A DNA stretch of 64,000 bases from assembly GCA_001800815.1 (NCBI GenBank), contig MGWC01000001.1, positions 54,431 to 118,430 of the forward strand, in the 5' to 3' direction. This DNA is from Euryarchaeota archaeon RBG_19FT_COMBO_56_21. GTDB taxonomy: Archaea; Thermoplasmatota; Thermoplasmata; UBA10834. Positions 37,301 to 47,300 of the stretch are shown here, one piece after another (the stretch's first letter is position 1; the number at the start of each line of letters is the position of its first letter). Made by a program: the position numbers and the translations under genes. The notes beneath the pieces are model-generated. The model was not told where the DNA came from. It did no database searches and saw only the letters and a program-made list of their open reading frames with translations.

Positions 37301-38874
37301 ACGCTAAGATCCAGGTCGTCCTGTGCAAGTGCTGCTCCGAGATGCCGAAGCTACTCAATATCGCCAGACTCGAAAAGCTCGCCTCGGAGAGCGGGAATGT
37401 CCTCTCTGTAATGACTCTCGACGGACTCTGTGACGGAAAGGAACTCACGCAAATCGTCGCCGAGGCCAGGGCAAAGGAGATAGACAGGGCAATCGTCCTC
37501 GCATGTCAGAAGAAGGATGTCAGCCCAGCCCTGATCAAGGCCTATAGGCGGGCCGGAGTCAACGAGTACTTGGTGGGAATCGTTAACATCCGCGAGGAGG
37601 TCGTCCTGCCCCACACCGCGGAGCCAGAAAGGGCTCAGACTAAGGCCGAGACGAAGCTCCTGGCAGCTATTGCGCGCTCTCGATTGCTGCAGCCACTGGA
37701 GCGCTCGTCGGAGGACATGAAGACAAGGAACGTGGTCATAGTAGGCGGCGGGGTCGCTGGCCAGGCTGCAGCGAGAGAGGCGGCCAAGTATGGTGTGCAC
37801 ACGATCATCCTGGAGAAGACGGGGAAATCAATCACTGCTCCTGGAGTCGTCATGCCCCGTGCTAGGCTGATCGGAGGCAAGGGATACGGCGGCAACTTCG
37901 AGCTAAGAATCAAGGTAGGCGAGAGCGTCGAGGACCTCGGAGCTGCAAGCATCGTCGTCGCATCTGGTGGTGGTTGGGCGACGCTCAAGGGAGCGCTCGC
38001 GAAGACCGTCAAGGGGGCACTGCCTCTCTATGAGTTCTACCAGAAGCTGCAGTTGGACCAGGTTCCTGCCGGAACGGTTGTGTTCATGGATACCCCGGAT
38101 CCGGCCGGAAAGACGCTCAAGGTCCAGGACTTCGCCTGGGACGATACCCTTGAGACGGCTATCGAGTTGAAGAAGAAGCGCCCGGACACGGCGGTCTTCG
38201 TAGTCTTCCAGGAGATGAGGGCTTCCGGGCTGTCTGAGCTGGCGTACAAGGAGGCTGCTGAGATCGGGGTGAAGTTCGTGAGGTACGACAGGAGCGCGAC
38301 CCCGAAGGTCGACCCCAAGGATCCGACAGTGCTCACTGTCAAGGATTTGTCTCAAGGCGAAGTGCTCAAGATCAAGCTGGGAGCCATGGTGTTTGCATCA
38401 ATACCGGCGAGCCAGGACAACCAGATCATTGCTGAAGCTCTGAGGATACCGATGTCCCCAGATGGAGGCATAAGACGAGGCAGTATTCAGAGAGGCCCCG
38501 TCTCCACTCCAAAGCCAGGCGTGTTCGTCTGTGGCTCGGCACTTTTCCCGAAGTCCCGGGATGTTGCCGCTGCTGAGGGAGAAGCGGCGGGCAAGATGGC
38601 AGGTGAGTTTGCGGCCAGGGGCAGCATCGAATACGGAGGCATCGTCGCGCAAGTGACTCAAGAGAAGTGCTCCGCCTGCTTGACCTGCGTCCGCACTTGT
38701 CCGTACGAGGCGCCCTTCATAGGGACTGCCACAAAGGCAGAGATACGGGTGCAAGCCTGCCAAGGCTGCGGTATGTGCGTTGGCATCTGCCCCAGCAAAG
38801 CGATAGAGCTGCTTAACTACACAGATGATCAAATCATGACGGAATCGAAGACGCTGCTCGGAGGTGACTTCTGA
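37297..38874 (+). CDS. Degenerate HdrA-like second chain with C-terminal 2x[4Fe-4S]
   Basis: CKCC..C..AC N-domain, NIRE, GGGVAG, CSACLTC..CP and CQGCGMC..CP; lacks the QCVGSR..CS..CC motif. Confidence 0.8.
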   Translation: MNAKIQVVLCKCCSEMPKLLNIARLEKLASESGNVLSVMTLDGLCDGKELTQIVAEARAKEIDRAIVLACQKKDVSPALIKAYRRAGVNEYLVGIVNIREEVVLPHTAEPERAQTKAETKLLAAIARSRLLQPLERSSEDMKTRNVVIVGGGVAGQAAAREAAKYGVHTIILEKTGKSITAPGVVMPRARLIGGKGYGGNFELRIKVGESVEDLGAASIVVASGGGWATLKGALAKTVKGALPLYEFYQKLQLDQVPAGTVVFMDTPDPAGKTLKVQDFAWDDTLETAIELKKKRPDTAVFVVFQEMRASGLSELAYKEAAEIGVKFVRYDRSATPKVDPKDPTVLTVKDLSQGEVLKIKLGAMVFASIPASQDNQIIAEALRIPMSPDGGIRRGSIQRGPVSTPKPGVFVCGSALFPKSRDVAAAEGEAAGKMAGEFAARGSIEYGGIVAQVTQEKCSACLTCVRTCPYEAPFIGTATKAEIRVQACQGCGMCVGICPSKAIELLNYTDDQIMTESKTLLGGDF

Positions 38875-39287
38875 TGACGGAGCCGAGACCGAAGATTGTC
38901 GGCTTCTGCTGCGAGAGACACGGGATGGACGCGGTGGTGCTCGCGGCGAGGAGTGGGAAGCAATTCGAGGTTAGCGTTAGGCTTGTTCAGGTTCCGTGCA
39001 CTGGGAGAGTCGACGGGATGCACATATTGAGGTCGCTCGAGGAGGGGGCAGACGCCGTTTTCGTCCTCGGATGCCTTGAAAAGAACTGCTACTACGATAC
39101 TGGCTCGATTGAGGGGAGGAAGCGCGTCGGCTACGTGAAGCAGATGCTTTCCGAGCTGGGGCTGGAGAAAGAACGCGTAGAGATGTTCAATGCTGCCTCT
39201 TCGAATTCATGGGTCTTCCCTGAGATTGTTGCGAAGATGGTCGAGGTCGTCAGGAAATTCGGTCCCGTCGGAGGTGAGAAGAGATGA
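38874..39287 (+). CDS. mvhD: MvhD-type [2Fe-2S] protein (variant CCERH)
   Basis: GFCC, VPCTGRV, GC...NCYY..G and LGLEKERV motifs. Confidence 0.88.
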   Translation: MTEPRPKIVGFCCERHGMDAVVLAARSGKQFEVSVRLVQVPCTGRVDGMHILRSLEEGADAVFVLGCLEKNCYYDTGSIEGRKRVGYVKQMLSELGLEKERVEMFNAASSNSWVFPEIVAKMVEVVRKFGPVGGEKR

Positions 39288-39985
39288 TAGTGGCGAAGAG
39301 GAAGCCTCTGAACGAGATCGCGGAGATGCTGGCACCCTACAAGAAAGTGACAATCATCGGATGCAGGAGCTGCGTCGCGATATGTCTCGCGGGCGGGGAG
39401 AAAGAAGTCAAGATGCTGGTGTCGGCGCTCAAGATCAAGAACAAGCGAGACGGCAGGAAGCAACAGATCGAGGGGACAGTCGTCGAGAGACAATGCGAGA
39501 AGGAGTGGGTCCAGGAGATCGAGGACGAGATACTCGACTCCGACGTGACTCTGTCAATGGCATGTTCGCTGGGTGCCCAGACGATCGGCGACATGTATCC
39601 CAAACATCTCACCTTCCCGGGTCTGAACACTGGCATTTTTGGAGTGCCTGAAGAGCAGGGCGTATGGTCGGAGAATTGTGTGGGCTGCGGAAACTGCATC
39701 ATCCACACGACGGGAGGCATTTGCCCAATCGCGAGGTGCGCGAAGAGCATGTTGAACGGTCCATGCGGGGGCTCCGCGAACAGAAAGTGCGAGGTAAACC
39801 TCGAGGTAGACTGCGCATGGTCTGCCATATATGATAGATTGAAGCTGCAGAACCGGTTGGATCTCATCGAGTCGGTCACACCAGCGAAGGACTGGTCCGC
39901 TAGCCATTCGGGCGGGAGGCGCGTAATCGTGAGAGAAGACGCCAAGCTCACCCAGCACCAGAAGAAGGGCAAGGGGGTGACGTGA
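39284..39985 (+). CDS. metV: Methylene-THF reductase subunit MetV
   Basis: GC.SC..C..GG, RQCE, ACSLG and C.GCG.C....TGGICP..RC.K..LNGPCGG...CE....CAW motifs. Confidence 0.92.
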   Translation: MIVAKRKPLNEIAEMLAPYKKVTIIGCRSCVAICLAGGEKEVKMLVSALKIKNKRDGRKQQIEGTVVERQCEKEWVQEIEDEILDSDVTLSMACSLGAQTIGDMYPKHLTFPGLNTGIFGVPEEQGVWSENCVGCGNCIIHTTGGICPIARCAKSMLNGPCGGSANRKCEVNLEVDCAWSAIYDRLKLQNRLDLIESVTPAKDWSASHSGGRRVIVREDAKLTQHQKKGKGVT

Positions 39986-40908
39986 TGAAGGCTGGGAGTA
40001 ACCTCGAGAAGGTGTTCGAGTCCGGGCAGTTCGCCGTCACCGCGGAAATCGGCCCTCCTCAGTCTGCGAATCCAGCGCCTCTCACGCATCACGCAAAGAT
40101 GCTCAAGGGCTACGCCGATGCCTTCAACTTGACTGACAACCAGACAGCGGTGGTTAGGTTATCTAGCATAGCTAGCGCCGTCATCATCATGCGGGAGGGT
40201 GTTGAGCCCGTGATCCAGATGACCTGCAGGGACAGGAACAGGATTGCCCTCCAGAGCGATCTGTTGGGCGCAGCTGCGCTAGGCGTGAAGAACGTTCTCT
40301 GCCTCACTGGAGACCATCAAACCTTCGGCAACGAGAAGGGCGCGAAGAACGTGTTCGACTTCGATTCTATTGTCGAGCTTCAGGTCTTCAACCAGCTGAG
40401 AATCCAGGGCAAGCAGGTCGGCGGGGAGGTCCTCAAGGATCCGCCGAAGACTTACCTTGGATGCGCTGAGAACCCGTTCGCGACTCCTTATGAGTTCAGG
40501 GCCTTCAGGCTCGCCAAGAAGGTCGTAGCGGGGGCAGACTTCTGCCAAACCCAGGCGATATTCGACATGGACATGTTCGAGATGTGGATGGACGAGGTCA
40601 GGGCACGTGGTTTGGACAAGAAGATACACATCCTTGCAGGCGTGATCCCGATGAAGTCGGCAGGCGCTGCCCGGTACATGAAGAACAAGGTCCCAGGGAT
40701 GATAGTCCCCGATCACATCGTGGACCGAATGAAAGGCGCCAAAGACGCCAAGGAAGAAGGGATCAAGCTGTGCGTTGAGCAGATAGAGCACCTGAAGAAT
40801 GTGAAGGGAGTGCATGGGGTCCACATCATGGCGGTGGCATGGGAAGAGATGGTCCCAAGGATTGTCGAGATGGCGGGATTGCTACCACGCCCGAATTTCG
40901 AATCGTAG
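39982..40908 (+). CDS. metF: Methylene-THF reductase MetF
   Basis: TAEIGPP, NLTDNQ, QMTCRDRNRIALQ, LTGDH, GADFCQTQ and GVHIM motifs. Confidence 0.95.
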   Translation: MMKAGSNLEKVFESGQFAVTAEIGPPQSANPAPLTHHAKMLKGYADAFNLTDNQTAVVRLSSIASAVIIMREGVEPVIQMTCRDRNRIALQSDLLGAAALGVKNVLCLTGDHQTFGNEKGAKNVFDFDSIVELQVFNQLRIQGKQVGGEVLKDPPKTYLGCAENPFATPYEFRAFRLAKKVVAGADFCQTQAIFDMDMFEMWMDEVRARGLDKKIHILAGVIPMKSAGAARYMKNKVPGMIVPDHIVDRMKGAKDAKEEGIKLCVEQIEHLKNVKGVHGVHIMAVAWEEMVPRIVEMAGLLPRPNFES

Positions 40909-40956
40909 CCCCGCAATCATCATGCACAATGAAAGCATTCAGCCACTTGTGATAGT

Positions 40957-42609
40957 ATGGCCTCCAAGAAGTTCGATGATCTGAACGAGGAGATGCTCAA
41001 GGAGTACCTCAAGATCAACCCAGATATCGCCACTGGTATGGGGATTCACGTGCCCTATGATTGGCAGCTCCCGAACGGTGGGTTCAAGAAACTCGAGGAT
41101 ACGCGGAATCTCCTGACCTTTTGGCACACAAAGGTCAAGGAGCTCGAATCCTCTGAAGAACTAAGCCTAGAGCAGAAAATCTCGATAAAGAATCTCAAGT
41201 ACGCTATCGATTTTCATGAGTTCTCGCTTGTGGACTATCCTCACTGGAAGATGAACCCGAACGCTATCGACATGCCGGGGGCGCTCTTCTTCATCATGCT
41301 GACGAGGGACTATGCACCCTTCGACCAGCGAGTGAGTGCGATCAACTCTCGACTGATGCGACTGCCGAAGTATCTGAAGGAGTATGAATCCAGATTCCAG
41401 GATGCCAAGCCGGTCAAGGAATGGACAAGGATGGCAATCACGTCGACCGAGCAATTCCCAGGGTTTCTGAAATTCATAGAAGAAGCCGCCAGAGGAAAGG
41501 TCCACGAAAGTCTGATGGAAGACCTAACGAAGAGCGTCAGGGCGGCCGAGGCCGCGGTCAAGGAGCACCTGGACTGGCTTAACAAGCTCCCGGACAAACC
41601 TGGCATCAAGTTCGCCATGGGGAAGAGGAAATTCTCCAAGCTGATGAAGATGCGAGGATTCGGGCTGACGCCAGAGGCCATCCTCGGTCTAGGGGAGAAA
41701 TACCTAAAGGAGTTCAAGGAAGAGCGGGAAAGGGTTGCCGAGAGGATAGCGCCAGGCAAAGGCATCGAGGGGGCGACCGAGATCGTCAGGAGCCATTGCG
41801 GCAAGACCTTCGAGGACGCGCTCAAGATGACAGAAGACGAGATGAACAACGCAAAGAAATTCATCGTCGATCACAATCTCGCGACAATTGATCATGGTGC
41901 GAAACTCATGATTGTCGAGACGCCCTCGTTCATGGCACGACTCCTTCCATACGCTGCCCTTTTCATGCCGGCCATGTTCGACAAGGTCCAGGAAGGGGCG
42001 TACATCGTCACGAGACCAAAGGACCCCAAGGACCTCGGAAGCCACCTCAACCATGCAGCTATCGTCAACACGGCCGTGCACGAAGCATATCCGGGCCATT
42101 TCCACCAAGGTGTTGCTTCAAACAAGAAGCATTGGATGCTGCAGATAGCGGGCGGTGCGGACGCGGACATTGTAGGGGTCGCGACCGAGACCGTCGAGGG
42201 CTGGGCGCATTACTGCGAGCAGATGATGATCAACCACGGCTTCGAGGCGACCAACGAAGCAGCGTTCGAGATGCTGAACGGGGCGATCTGGAGAGCCTGC
42301 AGGATAGTAGCAGATGTGAAGCTCGCTCAGGGAGAAGCGACAATCCAGGAGATGGCCGACTGGATCGTCAAGGAAACCGGCATGGCACAGGGAGCGACCG
42401 AGGATGAGGTCAGGCGGTATTCACAGACTCCAGGTCAGGCACTCTCCTACATGATCGGCAGACATCTGATCCTCGACCTAAGAAAGGATATGGAGAATAA
42501 ACTAGGAAGCAGGTTCGACGAGAAGAGGTTCCACGACCTCGTCGCGGGTTACGGATACTTGCCGTTCCCGCTGATGAAAGAGGCAGTGACTTCCGAGCTT
42601 GGAATCTAG
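40957..42609 (+). CDS. DUF885 family protein (putative metallopeptidase)
   Basis: HEAYPGH.HQ, EGWA.Y.E, RA.R...D, RY...PGQA.SY..G and FHD motifs. Confidence 0.85.
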   Translation: MASKKFDDLNEEMLKEYLKINPDIATGMGIHVPYDWQLPNGGFKKLEDTRNLLTFWHTKVKELESSEELSLEQKISIKNLKYAIDFHEFSLVDYPHWKMNPNAIDMPGALFFIMLTRDYAPFDQRVSAINSRLMRLPKYLKEYESRFQDAKPVKEWTRMAITSTEQFPGFLKFIEEAARGKVHESLMEDLTKSVRAAEAAVKEHLDWLNKLPDKPGIKFAMGKRKFSKLMKMRGFGLTPEAILGLGEKYLKEFKEERERVAERIAPGKGIEGATEIVRSHCGKTFEDALKMTEDEMNNAKKFIVDHNLATIDHGAKLMIVETPSFMARLLPYAALFMPAMFDKVQEGAYIVTRPKDPKDLGSHLNHAAIVNTAVHEAYPGHFHQGVASNKKHWMLQIAGGADADIVGVATETVEGWAHYCEQMMINHGFEATNEAAFEMLNGAIWRACRIVADVKLAQGEATIQEMADWIVKETGMAQGATEDEVRRYSQTPGQALSYMIGRHLILDLRKDMENKLGSRFDEKRFHDLVAGYGYLPFPLMKEAVTSELGI

Positions 42610-42714
42610 GGACCCTCTACGAAAACGGTTATATCTGACCGGGAGATAACCTGGTCGCATACCTTTTGCTACAAAGGGGAGAGATGCTCGAATAACACAC
42701 GGAGTGAATGATTC

Positions 42715-44271
42715 ATGAGCAAAGTGAAGAGAGCGTTAGTCAGCGTTTCCGACAAGACTGGCTTGGTAGAATTCTCCAAGGGTATGTCGGAGCTAGGTAT
42801 CGAGATCCTGTCGACTGGCGGGACCATGGCAGCACTGGAAAAGGCCAGCGTGCCCGTGATCGGCGTCTCTGAGGTCACGAAATTCCCGGAGATGCTGGAC
42901 GGGAGAGTGAAAACGCTTCACCCCGCGATACATGGAGGCATCCTTGCGATGAGGAGCAAGGACGAGCACATGGAAGCCATAAGAAAGCACGGAATCGAAC
43001 CGATAGATATGGTCGTCGTCAATCTGTATCCGTTCGAGGCAACTGTGGCGAAGCCAGGCGTGAAATTGGAGGACGCGGTTGAGAACATAGACATCGGCGG
43101 ACCATCCATGATAAGATCGGCTGCGAAGAACCACGCAGCGGTCGCGGTCGTCACTAGCTCCGCACAGTACGAACCTGTGCTGAAGGAGCTGAAGGAGAGC
43201 GACTGCCATCTGTCGGAAGAGACCAGGAAGATGCTCGCGTTGGAAGCATTCAGGGCGACGGCGAGATATGACTCAGCCATCGCGCTGTTCCTCGGGAAGA
43301 AGTTCTCACCAACTGACCTGTTCCCGAAGAACGTGACTCTGTCATTCGAGAAGCTGGGGGATTTGAGATACGGAGAGAACCCGCATCAGAAAGCGGCATT
43401 CTACAAGGACCTGTTTGACTGGACTCCGCTAAGCGTCGCTGCAGCCGAGAAGATGCACGGCAAGGAGATCTCGTTCTGCAACGTGATCGACCTCGATGCC
43501 GCGCTTGCGATAGTCTCCGATTTCGAGAAACCTACTGCTGCGGTGATCAAGCACACGAACCCATCCGGAGTGGCTTGTGCCGCGACTATTGCAGATGCTT
43601 TCCGAATCGCATACAACGCTGACTCTCTTAGCGCCTTCGGATGCGTCGTCGGACTGAACAGGCCAGTCGACCTCGAGACTGCGCAAGAAATCGGGAGCCA
43701 CTTCGTCGAAGCGGTCATCGCGCCTGCGTATGAACCGGATGCAGAGGACCATTTGGAGAAGAAGAAGAACATAAGACTGCTCAGAACCAACACCCCCATC
43801 AAGAGGGATAACGGGAGGCTCTACATGGTCAAGGTCAAAGGTGGACTCCTCATCCAGACAGATGCGTATGCGGACCTGGACAGGACGAAGCTGAAGGTTG
43901 TCACAAAGAAAGCTCCCGCGGATGATGAGGTCGATGCTATGGTCTTCGGGGTCAAGGTCGCTCGGCACATCAAGTCCAACACGATTCTCCTGGTCAAGGG
44001 AGAGAGGACCGTCGGCGTCGGTGCTGGCCAGATGAGCCGAGTGGACTCAACAAAGATAGCTGGCATGAAGGCTGGGTCGGAGGCGAAGGGCAGCGTGCTG
44101 ATCTCTGATGCGTTCTTCCCGTTCAGGGACGGAGTCGATGCAGCTGCGGCAGTAGGCGTCTCTGCGATCGTGCAACCTGGAGGATCCGTCAACGATGCGG
44201 AGGCCATTCAGGCGGCAGAAGAGCACGGTATCTCGATGGTATTCAGCGGTCTGCGACTGTTCAAGCACTGA
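42715..44271 (+). CDS. purH: Bifunctional AICAR transformylase/IMP cyclohydrolase
   Basis: ALVSVSDKTG, GRVKTLHP, DIGGPSM, LRYGENPHQ, KHTNP, GQMSRV, SDAFFPF and QPGGS motifs. Confidence 0.97.
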   Translation: MSKVKRALVSVSDKTGLVEFSKGMSELGIEILSTGGTMAALEKASVPVIGVSEVTKFPEMLDGRVKTLHPAIHGGILAMRSKDEHMEAIRKHGIEPIDMVVVNLYPFEATVAKPGVKLEDAVENIDIGGPSMIRSAAKNHAAVAVVTSSAQYEPVLKELKESDCHLSEETRKMLALEAFRATARYDSAIALFLGKKFSPTDLFPKNVTLSFEKLGDLRYGENPHQKAAFYKDLFDWTPLSVAAAEKMHGKEISFCNVIDLDAALAIVSDFEKPTAAVIKHTNPSGVACAATIADAFRIAYNADSLSAFGCVVGLNRPVDLETAQEIGSHFVEAVIAPAYEPDAEDHLEKKKNIRLLRTNTPIKRDNGRLYMVKVKGGLLIQTDAYADLDRTKLKVVTKKAPADDEVDAMVFGVKVARHIKSNTILLVKGERTVGVGAGQMSRVDSTKIAGMKAGSEAKGSVLISDAFFPFRDGVDAAAAVGVSAIVQPGGSVNDAEAIQAAEEHGISMVFSGLRLFKH

Positions 44272-44325
44272 CCCGATATGACCGGAAAACCCTTTCCACC
44301 AATCCTTTTCCTGTTTCCTTCAGCG

Positions 44326-45009
44326 CTATCTCAGCTGTTCCCTGTTCCATCCGAGCACGGCGCTCTCATCTTCCTCTTTGTCCTCGATCTCGAACTCGAA
44401 TGGAACCCATTTCGGGGTGACGAGCACCCCTCTCAGATGGTTGATTCTGACGAACCGTCTGAAGTTCTCGTCGACTTTCATCTCGATCAATCCGTCGGCT
44501 ATCGAAACAAGGTCTGCGATTTGATCTTCATCAAGCATGCCCCTGTGGACCAGTGATGTCATGGAGCCGCTGAATCTCGCCATCGTGGAAAGATCCCTGA
44601 AGAAACGATTCACAGACTTCGAATCGTGGTGCTCGTAGAGGGAAGTCAGAGAATCAAACAGCATGCGGACTGGTCCTCCTCCCGATTTCTCGATGGCCTC
44701 GGTCACTGAATCGAAAATATCGGCCAGGTTGCCCGGGTCCTCCGGCCGGAGGGCGTTCGCGTCCGAGGAGTTGACCTCCGGCGGTGTATAGCAGTCGACG
44801 AGGGTCAGCGAGCTCTTACCCTGGTTGTCGTAAGCACATACGCCGAACATGTGTAGTTGCCGGTGGACATGTTCTGGAGACGTGTTGGCCTCGACGAAGA
44901 CCACCTTCTCTCCAGACTTCAGGTAGTTGGAGCACAAGTAGCAGCAGAACTCGAACATGCCTGCGTCAGGATCGCCCACGACAAGGACCGCGTAGTTCTC
45001 GGGGAACAT
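44326..45009 (-). CDS. RAD55/KaiC-like protein with degenerate Walker A
   Basis: VLVVGDPDAGMF (lacks GKT), LVDCY, MLFDSLT and IADGLIEM..R.VRI..LRG motifs. Confidence 0.75.
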   Translation of the reverse strand: MFPENYAVLVVGDPDAGMFEFCCYLCSNYLKSGEKVVFVEANTSPEHVHRQLHMFGVCAYDNQGKSSLTLVDCYTPPEVNSSDANALRPEDPGNLADIFDSVTEAIEKSGGGPVRMLFDSLTSLYEHHDSKSVNRFFRDLSTMARFSGSMTSLVHRGMLDEDQIADLVSIADGLIEMKVDENFRRFVRINHLRGVLVTPKWVPFEFEIEDKEEDESAVLGWNREQLR

Positions 45010-45027
45010 GGTCCTCTCCCAGCCTGA

Positions 45028-46614
45028 TCACAGAATGGGAACTAGCTTCGGCCTGAAGTCACCGCGGTCTGGATCCGTCATCGCATACGGGGCTGTGAAC
45101 GGCTCTTCGCCCCTAACCATCGTGACGCCAGAGATCTTGTCTATCCTGAGGTGAATGTGCGCCAAATCCGACAGTCTGCTCGTGGATTTGACAGACGGGG
45201 TCACGGTGGCGACGAACAGGCCGCCATTGTTCAACAGAGATGTCAGGAACTCCATCATGCCATCTAGGACTCCGGGGCCGTATATGGATTCGAGAGAGTC
45301 AAACCCGATAGTGGTAAGTATGGGCGAACCCGCGTTCTTGAGTGCGTATTCGACGTCCTGCCACTTCATATCCACTTTGACGTCCTCTCCTTCCAGAGTC
45401 ATCGAGTAGGGCTGAGGTGCTCCAGTTGCGCCATGTGGCTCAAGGATGCGGACGTTCTTGTCGAACTTGGAGTCCGAGACGAATCCAATCAACTCTTCCC
45501 TCGCGGACTCGGAGCCTATCTTCTTCGTTGGAATCCAAGCGACTCCTCTGTCCTGATTGACCGCATTGCAGATGATTGCGTGTTCAATCTGCGAGGAAGC
45601 CACTACCGGAACGCCAGGGCTCAGCTCTATCAGAGTGATAGTGCCCTTCCTCAATCCGCCGCCGAGCATGGCGTCCAGGTCTGAGATGCCCGTGGATACA
45701 TGCTTCTGGTCCACATCCGGTATCGCCGCGAAGGACTTCGGTTTCTCTGGCTTGACGTATCGGGAGTACTCGAAGGTCCTGACTCTACCACCGAGGAGGG
45801 TGAAAACGTACCTCGGTTGCCGAATCTCGCAGCCTCTGAGCTTGAGGAGATCCAGCAAACGAATGCGCCTGCCGGTCGAACTATCGAGGCTCAAGTAGAC
45901 GACGCCGTCCCCGAGGTAGTCGAGCAAGGGATCAGGAGTCTCGAGCACATACACGACATTTGTTCCGCACCCCTCCACGAGATCTTTTTGAAGCGCGTTG
46001 ATTAGTCTTGATGGGCCAACACCGTACTTGTCCGCCAGGGCGTCGATGCTGTCGATCACGACAAGGGTCCTCTCGGGGAGCGACTTGTCGACGACGTCAT
46101 AGGCCATCTCTATCTCGGGCATCATGGCCCCTATTGATACTACAAGTTCGCCCTCGCCCGCTCCAGGCTCGGCTACGCCCTCCTCGCCCCCGCTCTCAAT
46201 GAGCCCCTGGAGTCTCTGCAGCTCCTTCCTCGGGGATTTGACCTTCTCGCCCTTGAGCTCGCCCTTGATAGCCGCCAGTCCTAGCAGGATCTGCTCGACC
46301 TGCTGTTCCGAATCGGCCTTCTTCTTGATCTTCTTGCGAGCCTTGAGTATCTCGCCTTCCTTCACCTTGTCAAGCAACCATGGGAATTGGTTGAACAAGG
46401 ACTGGTCAGATACCCTCGTGGACATGTAGTAGCTCTGTTGCACAGAGGCGAGCTCCTCGATAATCTGGAGAGCAATGGTGGTCTTGCCCGTGCCTGCCAT
46501 TCCCCTGACAATCATCGAATGCCCACCAGGGCTTGATAGGAAATTCACCATCTCCCTTGGGAATGTCGAGCTTGCCTGGATCGTCGCGGCACCGCTTTCC
46601 TTCTTCTCAGCCAT
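45028..46614 (-). CDS. GvpD-like double KaiC-domain P-loop protein
   Basis: GMAGTGKTT, YMSTRVS, IDSIDAL, LDYLGDGVV and KLRG..Y.FTL motifs; second domain STGISDLDAMLGGG has a degenerate P-loop. Confidence 0.8.
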   Translation of the reverse strand: MAEKKESGAATIQASSTFPREMVNFLSSPGGHSMIVRGMAGTGKTTIALQIIEELASVQQSYYMSTRVSDQSLFNQFPWLLDKVKEGEILKARKKIKKKADSEQQVEQILLGLAAIKGELKGEKVKSPRKELQRLQGLIESGGEEGVAEPGAGEGELVVSIGAMMPEIEMAYDVVDKSLPERTLVVIDSIDALADKYGVGPSRLINALQKDLVEGCGTNVVYVLETPDPLLDYLGDGVVYLSLDSSTGRRIRLLDLLKLRGCEIRQPRYVFTLLGGRVRTFEYSRYVKPEKPKSFAAIPDVDQKHVSTGISDLDAMLGGGLRKGTITLIELSPGVPVVASSQIEHAIICNAVNQDRGVAWIPTKKIGSESAREELIGFVSDSKFDKNVRILEPHGATGAPQPYSMTLEGEDVKVDMKWQDVEYALKNAGSPILTTIGFDSLESIYGPGVLDGMMEFLTSLLNNGGLFVATVTPSVKSTSRLSDLAHIHLRIDKISGVTMVRGEEPFTAPYAMTDPDRGDFRPKLVPIL

Positions 46615-46636
46615 TCTAATCCCTTCTCCTTATCAT

Positions 46637-47038
46637 CTACTGCTCTCTCTCCTTGGGCCTCAATAGCCCTCCGGCCTGCTGCTCCTCATCCTCTTCCTCG
46701 ATGAGCTTGATCTCTTTCCACTCGCCCCCGAAGTCTTGAATCTGGCCAGTGACCATCTGGAATCTCACCCTCAGCTTCCCCCCTTCAAAGAATATGTAGG
46801 CGTTCCTGAGCTGGGAAAGGTAGAGAACGATTCTCTTGCCCTGCTGCGTGAGCGCTCTCTCGACGGACTTCAGGAGTCCCGCCTTCTCAAGGACATGAAT
46901 GCGCCTGTAGCAGGCTGCTATAGGGATGTTCAGCTTCGCGCTTAGCTCGAGCGCGTGCTTTGGCTTGCGGGAGCACGCGACCAGAATCTTAGCTGCGTAG
47001 GTGTCCATTATGAGCCGAGACGCCTCGAGAGGGTCCAA
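46637..47038 (-). CDS. Winged-HTH transcriptional regulator (ArsR-like)
   Basis: KPK.A.ELS..LNIPIAACYRRI..LE..GLL..V motif; TTG start after GGAGG. Confidence 0.8.
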   Translation of the reverse strand: MDPLEASRLIMDTYAAKILVACSRKPKHALELSAKLNIPIAACYRRIHVLEKAGLLKSVERALTQQGKRIVLYLSQLRNAYIFFEGGKLRVRFQMVTGQIQDFGGEWKEIKLIEEEDEEQQAGGLLRPKEREQ

Positions 47039-47300
47039 ACCCGTATCCTCCGTGATGCACCAATCCCGCGGATGGGCGTAGAGCGACAGACTAGGGGGGA
47101 AATCCGCGGACCGCGTACAACGGTGTTCTATCAGACTTGATATGCGAATACCCTACAGTGTTTAAATGCTTTCTATTGACTGGAACAAGTTCCGATTCCC
47201 GGCAAGAGCAACTAAGAAATACCAGCGCGCGCGACGCGCAAGTGAGGATTAATATCCGTATGCAACGGTTCACTGGGGTGAACCGACGAGTTGGCTAGCC

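Noticed and set aside
45028-46614. Gas vesicle or circadian clock locus
   Set aside because: No gvpA/structural genes and no kaiA/B; these ATPase families are widespread in archaea.
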